Source: a virus. From it: a stretch of DNA of 64,000 nt. The position numbers and the translations under genes are program-made. The stretch's first letter is position 1; each line of letters starts with the position of its first letter. The stretch lies in the IMG/VR virus record IMGVR_UViG_3300013947_000003, positions 32,001 to 96,000 of that record. The stretch is one strand, 5' to 3'. Positions 48,413 through 57,700 of this stretch are shown in pieces. The notes beneath the pieces were generated by a model, which saw nothing but the letters and a program-made list of their open reading frames with translations, ran no database searches and was not told the origin of the DNA.

Positions 48413-48788
48413 AAAAGATTTTTATATTGAGGATACACAGTTTGCTAAAGAAGGAGATCACGTTATATTAATGCCGGATAATAATACTGTAGTTAATACT
48501 AATGGTAACCAAAAAGTAACTTGTATGCCTCAAATTGTAGGGGATAAAGAATTTTTTACTCCCACATTTGAACGTATAAAACCTGACATGGTTAATTCTC
48601 CTTCTCATTATTCTTGGTTAAAAGATAAGTGTGGTATTGAAGTAATTGATATTGCAAGACATTTAGATTTTGACTTAGGTAATGCAATTAAATACATACT
48701 TAGAGCGGGGAGGAAGAGGGATGCAATAGAAGATCTAAAGAAGGCTATATGGTATTTAAATGATAAAATAAAACTATTAGAAAAATGA
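48393..48788 (+). CDS. DUF3310-like phage protein
   Basis: SPSHYS...IEVIDI...GNAIKYILRAGRK pattern, recalled from the DUF3310 family. Confidence 0.5.
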   Translation: MKEYICKKDFYIEDTQFAKEGDHVILMPDNNTVVNTNGNQKVTCMPQIVGDKEFFTPTFERIKPDMVNSPSHYSWLKDKCGIEVIDIARHLDFDLGNAIKYILRAGRKRDAIEDLKKAIWYLNDKIKLLEK

Positions 48789-49033
48789 AAATAATTAAAT
48801 TTGGTGCACCTTGGTGTGGTCAATGTAAGGTAATGGTTAGTGAACTCAAGGAAACACCTTTAGATGTTCCTGTTGAAGAAATTAGTGTAGATAATGATGA
48901 AAAAGATTTAACTACCTTATTCGGTGTTAGATCTCTTCCCACACTGATCTTACTTAAAGGTGATAATGAAATTAAACGTTGGGTAGGACTTACAAAGCCC
49001 TCGGAAATAAATGATTATATTAAATCTATATGA
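48785..49033 (+). CDS. thioredoxin
   Basis: WCGQC active site, 82 aa. Confidence 0.75.
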   Translation: MKIIKFGAPWCGQCKVMVSELKETPLDVPVEEISVDNDEKDLTTLFGVRSLPTLILLKGDNEIKRWVGLTKPSEINDYIKSI

Positions 49034-49156
49034 TTTGGGCATTAGCATTAATAGTACTTATAATACTATTTTGGATAATTAAAATAAGTATAGATATTAA
49101 ATACTTATTTGAAGAGTTTGAAAAACAGTATCCACATTTATTTGACCCTAAAGACG

Positions 49157-49957
49157 ATGAAACTGATTAAACCTTCAATAGAAATAATGCATATACCTCT
49201 TGATTTTAAAGAGGCTTTAGAACAGATAGAATTGGCAGCAAGAGTGTGCTATAAATCAGAATGTAATATACAATATGATGATGATAATAGAAGTATTACT
49301 GCTGAACCATTTGTATCTAAATTATTAAATGTATATAAACATAGAAGTGTTGCAGAACACGGTACTATATATTTAACAGTACCTAAAAATTGTAGTGTGT
49401 CAGAACTTGATTGGATATGGTTTTTAGTAGCAAATCCATACACCAAATTTAATGAAGATGATAATTATGATTATATAACAACTAATTATAGAGTTATAGT
49501 CGATAATAATCTACAAAAAGCGCTTAAATTTCTAAGTACACCCACCGATAAACATGAAAAAAGAATTACTGTAAGGTTTATATGTAGTAGAGTATGTGCA
49601 CAACAGTTAACAAGACATAGATGTGCTTCATTTTCTATGGAAAGTCAACGTTTTTGCTCCTATGATAAGGGTAAATTTAATAATGAAATTACTTTTATTT
49701 ATCTTGGTGAAGGCATAAATCCTATACAAGCAGAGTTATACCAACATGCTGAACATGTTTATATGGAGCTTATAGATAAAGGTTTTAAACCTCAAGAAGC
49801 AAGAATGGTTTTACCTAACGCTACTAAAACTGAACTAGTAATGACCGCTTTTCAAAGTGATTGGAGTAACATATTTGAATTACGTTGCTCTAATAAAGCA
49901 GACGAGGAAATTAGATTATTATGTACAACACTTAAAGAAAAAATAAATGCGTATTAA
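49157..49957 (+). CDS. thyX: FAD-dependent thymidylate synthase ThyX
   Basis: Exact ThyX signature RHRCASFSMESQR (RHRxxSxxxxSxR). The ATG at 49157 lies within track ORF 49109-49957. Confidence 0.85.
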   Translation: MKLIKPSIEIMHIPLDFKEALEQIELAARVCYKSECNIQYDDDNRSITAEPFVSKLLNVYKHRSVAEHGTIYLTVPKNCSVSELDWIWFLVANPYTKFNEDDNYDYITTNYRVIVDNNLQKALKFLSTPTDKHEKRITVRFICSRVCAQQLTRHRCASFSMESQRFCSYDKGKFNNEITFIYLGEGINPIQAELYQHAEHVYMELIDKGFKPQEARMVLPNATKTELVMTAFQSDWSNIFELRCSNKADEEIRLLCTTLKEKINAY

Positions 49958-50174
49958 AACTAATTGGAATTTATATATTAAAGATTTAAAAGAAAAACCC
50001 TTATATGCAGAATGTATAATAGAGAAGAAGGGGGAAAAATACCCCGAAGATGTTATATATTCTTTTAATCCTAGAGATAAAGAACATTTCGATTCTGTAG
50101 AAGAGTTTATTAAATTCATTAAAAAAAGTAAAAGTGAGTTCGAATTGATAGATTGTTATTTTAAGAGTAAATGA
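49947..50174 (+). CDS. hypothetical protein
   Basis: Track ORF. Confidence 0.45.
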   Translation: MRIKTNWNLYIKDLKEKPLYAECIIEKKGEKYPEDVIYSFNPRDKEHFDSVEEFIKFIKKSKSEFELIDCYFKSK

Positions 50175-50247
50175 TTATAGGGGGAGGAGAAAGAATTATT
50201 TCTTCTCCTCTTCCCCTATTCCTAATTTAGATATTATAATCAGTAAC

Positions 50248-50652
50248 ATGTTTAAGAAGTTAAAGAAAAAAATTAAATTGTGGAATGAATACCACAATCC
50301 ATTTTTTCCATGGTATAAAGCAAGAAAAAAGTTTAAAAGACCTAAAGCACATTTTATATATGAAAAAAATGTATGGTTTTACGGAATGCCTATTAATAAG
50401 GAATTATATAATCCTATTTTAAGTATTCATTTGTCTTCCTTAGGTTGGAAAACCAAGTATGAAATGTTTAGGCATGAATGGGATCCATATATAGATATTT
50501 GCTTCTTTAGAAAATATCACTTTATGTGGGTTTTCAATTATGCTAAAACTATTGAAAATAAAGCAACCGACGAAGATTTTAATAAGTCTTATACTGATAA
50601 TATATATTATTGGGAATCAATGTTAGAATATTTATATGGCAAAAAATTATAA
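50248..50652 (+). CDS. hypothetical protein
   Basis: Track ORF. Confidence 0.5.
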   Translation: MFKKLKKKIKLWNEYHNPFFPWYKARKKFKRPKAHFIYEKNVWFYGMPINKELYNPILSIHLSSLGWKTKYEMFRHEWDPYIDICFFRKYHFMWVFNYAKTIENKATDEDFNKSYTDNIYYWESMLEYLYGKKL

Positions 50653-50821
50653 ACTTTGGAATGTAGGAGAAAAAGTTGTAATAACCAGAACTGGACCTAA
50701 AAATAATGATTTAGGTAAAGAAGGAGTTATTACTTGTGTCAGAAATAGTTTTTGTAAAATACTTATTGATGGTAAAGAATACAACCATACTTACGGACAA
50801 TTTAAAAGAATTGAAGAATGA
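50636..50821 (+). CDS. hypothetical small protein
   Basis: Track ORF. Confidence 0.45.
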   Translation: MAKNYKLWNVGEKVVITRTGPKNNDLGKEGVITCVRNSFCKILIDGKEYNHTYGQFKRIEE

Positions 50822-51060
50822 AATTAACATATACTGATGGATGCACTACCTATAATTTAAGTATTGACGGTAAATGTGCAGAAGATCTTACTGTAGATGA
50901 AAAGAAAGAAATAATGAAATCATTAATTGACAAATATGAAGATATTTGTGATTTTAAAAATATGATTATAGATTTCCTTGAAATGAATGCAGAACCCGAA
51001 TTTAAATACCACTGTGATCAATGCGGTGATAGTGTTTATGAATATACTTTAGAGATATGA
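50818..51060 (+). CDS. hypothetical small protein (C-terminal CxxC)
   Basis: Track ORF with an ATGA junction. Confidence 0.45.
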   Translation: MKLTYTDGCTTYNLSIDGKCAEDLTVDEKKEIMKSLIDKYEDICDFKNMIIDFLEMNAEPEFKYHCDQCGDSVYEYTLEI

Positions 51061-51353
51061 ATAGTTTTAACGTAATAATTGAAGATAATGGTAAGTTCAT
51101 TCCTTATGATGTAATACCTTATCTTTATGAAAGGTACAAAAAATCAAAACCAAAACCCAAAACTCACGAAAATTTAAAAGCATGGATTAAAAATGAATCT
51201 ATGCGACAATGGTGGAGTCGCTGTGAATATGAAATAATAATATCGGATTGGCCGCCATCAGGCAAAGAAGAAAAATGGGATGTGTATAAGCAAATAGAAA
51301 TAAATCTTGATTTAATAACTAGTATCTTAGAAAAAGAAATTAAAAAGAAATAA
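51057..51353 (+). CDS. hypothetical protein
   Basis: Track ORF with an ATGA junction. Confidence 0.45.
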   Translation: MNSFNVIIEDNGKFIPYDVIPYLYERYKKSKPKPKTHENLKAWIKNESMRQWWSRCEYEIIISDWPPSGKEEKWDVYKQIEINLDLITSILEKEIKKK

Positions 51354-51380
51354 AATACATAATACTTTAATTAAATGTGA

Positions 51381-51572
51381 ATGAAATATATAATACTTTA
51401 TTTGACATTGGAAAATGGAGACCATATTCCAAATTATAATGTGGTATCTTCTAAAGAAAACATTTTAAGTTTTATAGAAAAAGCTAAGAAAGATTATTTA
51501 GCTTGTAACTTTAGAATATTTGAACTTGGTTCTGAAATAACTGAAGAATATGAAATATATAATCCTATATGA
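51381..51572 (+). CDS. hypothetical small protein, paralog pair member 1
   Basis: Starts MKYIILY and ends ...FELGSEITEEY. Confidence 0.45.
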   Translation: MKYIILYLTLENGDHIPNYNVVSSKENILSFIEKAKKDYLACNFRIFELGSEITEEYEIYNPI

Positions 51573-51750
51573 TTGGGAGGGCGGTAATACCGCCACCCAA
51601 ACAGACTATGAAATAGCCACTTCTTTACATGAAGTGCAGGAAATAGTTGACAATATACCCAAAGAAGTTGGGCGAAGTTATATTGAAGTCTTTGAGTTGG
51701 GCGATGATATTAGTACTAAATTTATAGGAACTAAAATTGAATGGCAATGA
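51550..51750 (+). CDS. hypothetical small protein, paralog pair member 2
   Basis: Starts MKYIILY and has ...FELGDDISTKF. Confidence 0.45.
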   Translation: MKYIILYDWEGGNTATQTDYEIATSLHEVQEIVDNIPKEVGRSYIEVFELGDDISTKFIGTKIEWQ

Positions 51751-52010
51751 CTATTGAAGAATATAACAAAATAAAGGCTTCCCTTGATGAAGCAAAAAGA
51801 TACATTGAAGTTATTAGCTGTTGTGAATCTTTAGATAAATATAAAGATAAAAAGAAACTGGAAATTAAAATAAATGTAGGTGATGAATCTGATTTTTATT
51901 CCTGGAGAGTTTGGACACTAAATAGCTATGATGAAGATCTTCTTCTTGATGTTATGAGTGCTATTAAAAAGTATCAAGCGAGGCTAATTGATAAGTTGGA
52001 AGGATTATAA
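51741..52010 (+). CDS. hypothetical protein
   Basis: Track ORF. Confidence 0.45.
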   Translation: MAMTIEEYNKIKASLDEAKRYIEVISCCESLDKYKDKKKLEIKINVGDESDFYSWRVWTLNSYDEDLLLDVMSAIKKYQARLIDKLEGL

Positions 52011-52410
52011 TGAATTTTAAATATATAGTCATATATTCAAGTTATTCAAAAAGAAAGAAAAGAAAAAAATTAATTCAAAAGAGCTTTGGAATCTTGATAT
52101 AACAATTATTGAATGGCTTGTCCCGAGACTTAAAGCTTTTAGAGAACAGACAGAAGGTTATCCTGGTGATATTACTGAAGAAGAATGGGATAATATCCTT
52201 GATAAAATTATCACAGGCCTCGAAGCTTATAAAGCAGAACATGATTGGGATGATAATATCTCAAAGAAAGAAAATATGGAGTGTGCTAAAATATTCTATG
52301 CCGATAAAAATGCAAAGTTTCAAGAAGCTATGCGATTATTAGCTAAACATTTTAAAAAAGTCTTTGATGGTAACGGTAATTCCGAAAGAAATAACAATTC
52401 TCAAGCATAA
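52010..52410 (+). CDS. hypothetical protein needing a -1 shift at A_AAA_AAA (52063-52069)
   Basis: ATG 52010 (TAATG coupling) opens a 30-codon frame. The -1 frame from the A7 run encodes a protein-like 113 aa (KELWNLDITIIEWLVPRLKAFREQTEGYPG...) with no start codon of its own. Confidence 0.4.
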
Positions 52411-52690
52411 AATCAAAGTCATACATGTAAGGACTTTGGAAGATAAGTTTGGTGAATTTGATCCTGTAAAACTTGAGATAAAAATTGCCCAATATGCACT
52501 TTCAAATGATAAGGAAGTTGCTTTATCCTCTGAGCAAGTACTTCATACGTTTTGGCACGAAGTCTTCCACGTCTTTCAATGGTTTTATGAAGGAGAATAT
52601 AATGAAGGTCAATCCCAGACTTACGCAGGGTTTATGTTAGAGGTTTTTGATGCAATAGAGAAAATAAGTAAAGATATAAAATGTTCTTAA
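52367..52690 (+). CDS. small HExxH (zincin-like) protein
   Basis: FWHEVFHVFQ motif. Track ORF. Confidence 0.5.
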   Translation: MVTVIPKEITILKHKIKVIHVRTLEDKFGEFDPVKLEIKIAQYALSNDKEVALSSEQVLHTFWHEVFHVFQWFYEGEYNEGQSQTYAGFMLEVFDAIEKISKDIKCS

Positions 52691-52768
52691 TGGGATTTAT
52701 TATGGGGCTTTTAACAGGTCTATTTATCACATGTGTAGTTGGTATGTATTTACAAAAAGGTGATTAAT

Positions 52769-53098
52769 ATGATGGCATTATATATTATAGGAACCCTTTT
52801 CGCAATTATGTTAATTATAAGCTATTTTTATAGAGTATATGAAAATACTCAATGTAAAAAAGAAGGTATAAAACAAGACAAATGTCCTAACTTTAAAGAA
52901 CCACATAAATTTTATTATCTAATTAAATGGTGGTCTATTTTAGATAAAAACCATCCATTTTCAAATAATGTATATAGTAATGGAGATGTTTCCCAAGTTA
53001 GAAAAATAATAAAGAAATTGAGAAAAAGGTATGGAGCCACTCTTAATTATGTTGTATACGAACAAAGAGATTTAACTGATTTTATTGATTGGGAATGA
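52769..53098 (+). CDS. N-terminal TM protein
   Basis: ATG within track ORF 52739-53098. MMALYIIGTLFAIMLIISYF. Confidence 0.45.
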   Translation: MMALYIIGTLFAIMLIISYFYRVYENTQCKKEGIKQDKCPNFKEPHKFYYLIKWWSILDKNHPFSNNVYSNGDVSQVRKIIKKLRKRYGATLNYVVYEQRDLTDFIDWE

Positions 53099-53138
53099 GT
53101 TTTACAGTTTTACTATATTACCCCTATATTTAAAAATT

Positions 53139-53291
53139 ATGGGAAAGAGATATTTAAGCACAACAGATGGAATAATCTTAGTCTTTATTATTGGATTATT
53201 AACTTTAGTGACTTGGTCTCTCAGTGAAAAGGTTGACAACCTTTCTATAGAAATAGTTCAAATAGAAAAGCAAATAGATACAATAAAATAA
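53139..53291 (+). CDS. small TM protein
   Basis: ATG within track ORF 53085-53291. Confidence 0.4.
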   Translation: MGKRYLSTTDGIILVFIIGLLTLVTWSLSEKVDNLSIEIVQIEKQIDTIK

Positions 53292-53323
53292 ATAATTATA
53301 TTAATTAATGAGATTAATAAGAA

Positions 53324-53548
53324 ATGAGCAAACTATTAGAAAGTCTTGAAAATTACTTCAGGAATACACCGAAAGAGCAATTAGACAAAGACTGGGAAGA
53401 AATTGAATATCTCAATGAAATCGGTCCTGATGTCTTTGAGTATGCTGAATTTGTAAAAAATCAACATTTTATACCATCTTGTTGGAAAGAGGGAGAACAG
53501 GAGAAAGAATATAATGCAACAAACACTTCTATAAGCGTAGATAAGTGA
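53324..53548 (+). CDS. hypothetical acidic protein
   Basis: Track ORF. Confidence 0.45.
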   Translation: MSKLLESLENYFRNTPKEQLDKDWEEIEYLNEIGPDVFEYAEFVKNQHFIPSCWKEGEQEKEYNATNTSISVDK

Positions 53549-53913
53549 TTTAATATATTTTAAGACTCTAAAATTAAATGTTTTAGACAATTTATTATAT
53601 AAATAAATAATATAACAACTTAAAACAAAAGTCTTTGTAAGTCTTTAGATGCTGTTGAAAATTGCATAGAGCGTCTCAAAAGTAAATATGAAATTCAATG
53701 GTTAAAAGTATTTCCAATGTCATCTGAATTGACACAATATGGCATAGATAATGGGGTTAAATCCTCTGTTCTCTAAACCAACTCAATTAAACTTTTAAAA
53801 GAAGTACTGGGGAATTAAATATCGATGGTAGTCTATTAAAGCCATAATAAGGAGAATTCCTAAATGGAATCTCCCCATTGGAGCTATTGTCAAGGTAGAT
53901 AGGAGAATGAATT

Positions 53914-54387
53914 ATGTTTTTCAAATTAAAAAATGATATGGGAACAAATTTCTATATAAAAAAATATATGACTTCTGAACAAAAAAAGAAAGTCATAGAT
54001 GCTATCAATAATGACCAATATGATGAAGCCAGAGATATTATAGCTGAAGTTGGGGAGATTCACATAGGGAAAAGATCTTGTGGATGGAAATTTCTTTGGG
54101 ATGCAAATGACTTCAAGTATTTTAAACCCACTAAAGAATCCCTCATTGAATGGCTTAAATCGGGCCAGATCGTTGACGAGTATGGACAAGAATATACTTT
54201 TATGGAGTTTTGGAATGATGCATTAGATGGATTTTGGGAAGGATATGATGCAATAACCTATGAAAAAGATTATCCTGGAAGAGGGCATTGGCGTAATCCA
54301 TGTGCTATATTTTACGGTATACCAGTAACGCTTGGAGAATTTTATATAGATGATTTACGTTTTAGTATATATACAGATTTTGGATAA
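53914..54387 (+). CDS. hypothetical protein
   Basis: Track ORF. Confidence 0.5.
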   Translation: MFFKLKNDMGTNFYIKKYMTSEQKKKVIDAINNDQYDEARDIIAEVGEIHIGKRSCGWKFLWDANDFKYFKPTKESLIEWLKSGQIVDEYGQEYTFMEFWNDALDGFWEGYDAITYEKDYPGRGHWRNPCAIFYGIPVTLGEFYIDDLRFSIYTDFG

Positions 54388-54563
54388 TGGGAATAACATA
54401 TAAAAGAAAAACTAATAAAAAAGCAACTCTTAAATTAATGAGTGCAATAAGTTCATATTTATTTGAACAGGAATGTGATGAACTTAAAGGAGTTGGTAAT
54501 ACGTATATAAATAAAATAAAAGAAGCATGTAAGGTTCTTACTTCTATAGTAAATAAAAATTAG
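54387..54563 (+). CDS. 58-aa hypothetical protein
   Basis: TAATG coupling. Own translation MGITYKRKTNKKATLKLMSAISSYLFEQECDELKG... Ends in TAG just before a terminator. Confidence 0.4.
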   Translation: MGITYKRKTNKKATLKLMSAISSYLFEQECDELKGVGNTYINKIKEACKVLTSIVNKN

Positions 54564-54581
54564 TTGAACCATTATAAATAG

Positions 54582-54628
54582 GGGGGTAAGTTGCGGCATA
54601 TGCTGCTTCTTGCCCCCTTATTTTTTTT
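54582..54628 (+). terminator. rho-independent terminator closing the middle-gene block
   Basis: gggggtaag...cttgccccc stem, then tta plus a T8 run. Confidence 0.8.
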
Positions 54629-54682
54629 ATAAGTAAGATATACATTTATTTAGAATTTATTGTGTTATAAGAAATTAATTAG

Positions 54683-54690
54683 TAATTTTG
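54683..54690 (+). promoter_or_regulatory. TAnnTTTG -7 box upstream of the giant gene
   Basis: TAATTTTG, 22 nt upstream of ATG 54713. Confidence 0.4.
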
Positions 54691-54712
54691 TACTATTAAA
54701 CAAAATATAAAT

Positions 54713-57700
54713 ATGGGAAAGTGTTATATAACATCTGACTTAGATAGAGCTGTAGCTAAAGCCGCCGGTAATTTCATGGGGAAAGGAAGTACAGCGCGGT
54801 ACTTTGCATATATGCGAGGGCTATATGATGAGAAAAATGGTGATTAGAATTGGAAAGCCATGAGTGTTGAAGAAGTAAAAAATCTTTTAACAAAATTTGA
54901 AGGAGATTTAAGAAAAGAAGATACTAGAAAAATAAAAGCGTCTGGTACAAATGCTTCTGATATGTTTGTACAACTTCAATAGGAAATTCCCGATGCAGTA
55001 ATTAGAGAAACTAGAATTAGCTGGATTAGTCACCTGTTTAGTGAAACTGTAGATAGAATAGCAGAAAATGACTCTAGGTCTTTGGGTCTGGATAGAAAAT
55101 TTATTATTAAAGGAACTATTGACGAAGAAGGTAATACTATTTTTGGATAGAGTTACATATTTAATGCTATGTATAGAATACTTGGATCAAAATTTACCAG
55201 TGCTTGGGATACATATAAAAGCACTGATTCAAATATAACAGAAGAATAGAAAAAACAAGCATTATATAAAGCACAGCAAATACGTTTAGTTTTAAGAAAT
55301 TGGCCAGCATTTGTAACTATTGCTAGGCTTAGAATTAGAGATATTGAAGGAATAAAGTTAGGAGCCTTTAATGATTTTACAGCTGATGCAGATGAAGGTA
55401 ATTTTGAAATAGAGAATTTACAAGAAAAAATTGATATAGAAGAAACTTCTATTAGAGAAGGGTGGTAGGAAATAGCAGAATCTATGTCAGCATATGCTTC
55501 AATAGGCGCAGAAGTTAGAGAACTACTAGCTTCTATACCACAACGTAATTAGTTTGGAGAGGTGGAAAAAGATGATTTAGGCAACACTAAGTATTTAGAT
55601 CCTTTATAGGTACACCAGACTTTATTAGATGCAGTAAGAGGTTCTACTTCTGAAGCAAGTATGCTTAGAAAGCTTACAAAATATGTTAATTCTCAGTATA
55701 AGGAAAGTCATAGTAAAACAGGAGCAAATAGAAGAAGATATTGGTTAGCCCCTATATTAGATAAGTTGACTTTATCTGTAGAAGATGATGATGGTGGAAT
55801 TACTATATTTGAAACTACTTAGGATTATCTAGATGCACTATCGGAAGAGCAAAAAAAACTAGCAGTAGCAATTGCTTAGGGAGATTAGGAAAACATAGAA
55901 ATACTAACTGACAATATAGAAGGTATGAAAGAATCTGTAGAAAGAGCAGCAAGGTTAAGAAGTAAAGTTTTTGCCGATTTAAAGCGCAATTTTCAACCTT
56001 TATATGTAGTACAGGAAGTTTTTGAGAAAGGGGTACATTATTTAAAAACTACATGTTTAAATGATAAAAAAGGTTTCAGTTTTTCAGAATAGGCACAAGC
56101 AAATCTAAAGAGAGGGCGTTCTGAAAAAGATGAAACTAACCCTCTTATTTCTAAAAGAGGAAGTAATGCACTTCCATAGGTTAGCAAAGAAAATGTAGAT
56201 GCACTTGCAAAATTTATAGAAAACAAATTCATTAAGGGTGAAAATGTAGATCTTATTAGTGGTAAATCATCATCGTGGTTTATGACAAAATCTGAGGATG
56301 AAAGCACTAAATAGGAAAAAATATCTGCAGTTCAGTATATTGGCAAGACTCTTGGATTTAATATTTCAAACGAAGCTGCTACTAAGATTGTAACAAATTC
56401 TAGATATGCAAAGAGATTTCAAACTGCCATGTAGAACCTTCATAAATATGGATTAACCCATTCTTAGATGGCCAAACAATTTAAAAATGGAGGAAGTTTA
56501 AATATTATTGACTTTTTAAATGTTAAACCGGGAGGTTCTGTAAGTGAAAAAGGTGCAGTTACCGAAGCAATCGAGGTAATAGGTGATGTAATATCTGCAG
56601 TAACAACTACCTAGGAAGTACGAGTTTCCTATAAAGATAAAAAAGGTAAAAATACAATGTTATCCAGTGATGTATTGCCTTCCTATTTAGGAGATTTTGT
56701 AGAAGACATTAAGGAATTTGTTGATAATAAAGATACTGCAGGTCTTAGAAGTTTCCTTGAAGAGAGGTACTTTAATAACTGTCCAATGTTTGCTGTAAAA
56801 GATGAAAATGGAAACTGGAAAATCCATAATATATGGTTAAGAGAATTATATAATTCAGATCTTTCTGAAGACGGAAATTTTGCAGAAATATTTGGCTCAT
56901 TTAGACTTTTAGGGGACTCTAAAAATACAGGCGCTAAAAGGTTTGAAAACTATACTAAAAAACGTCATGCCTGGTCAATGCTGGAGTTGTTTTTAGCCCC
57001 AAGAAAACTTGCAGGCACAAAAGATAACAAAAAGGATTATGCTAATTATCCTTTATTTGTTTTAGGAGATAGTGGTGTTTGTAAAAATATAACTGCAAAA
57101 TATTATACAAGAGATACAGTAATGAAAGAGCTTGTGAGTCTAGCAAATACTGAAGTTGAACGTGCTAGATTGGTTTTAGAAATGAACCAAACATGTGAAT
57201 TAAATGGTTGGGAAAAGCTGGAAACTTTTAGTGATGAAAATGCAGTATTAAAATTTACTTCTTTGCCCTTTTTAAATGATTACTTAGAGCTGAGAAAAGT
57301 TTAGGAAGTCAACCCCATAACCCAGGAGACAAAAACTGTTATAAAAGTATTTGATAAATTATCAGAAGAAGAAAAAGACTAGGGTAAAAAGGCTCAGGTT
57401 GTAAATGATGTTTATATAGAAACTTGCATAAGACAAGCCATTGATAGGGATTTTGAAAATTTCTATAGACAGATAAGTGGAAATGAGGCTTTGAAATCAG
57501 ATTCAGATATGGGGCTTACAAATCTAAACTCTGGTAATAATGTTCCCTTATATTTAAGTGGGTTTTTGACAAAAAAGGAAATAGCAGATGCGCCAGAGAA
57601 AAGTAAAGAAGAAATGCAGGCATTACTAAAAGAAAGGGTAAAAGATTTCTATGCTAATTATAAATTAGCAACAGCTTGTCAATTATAGATGTTTACTATA

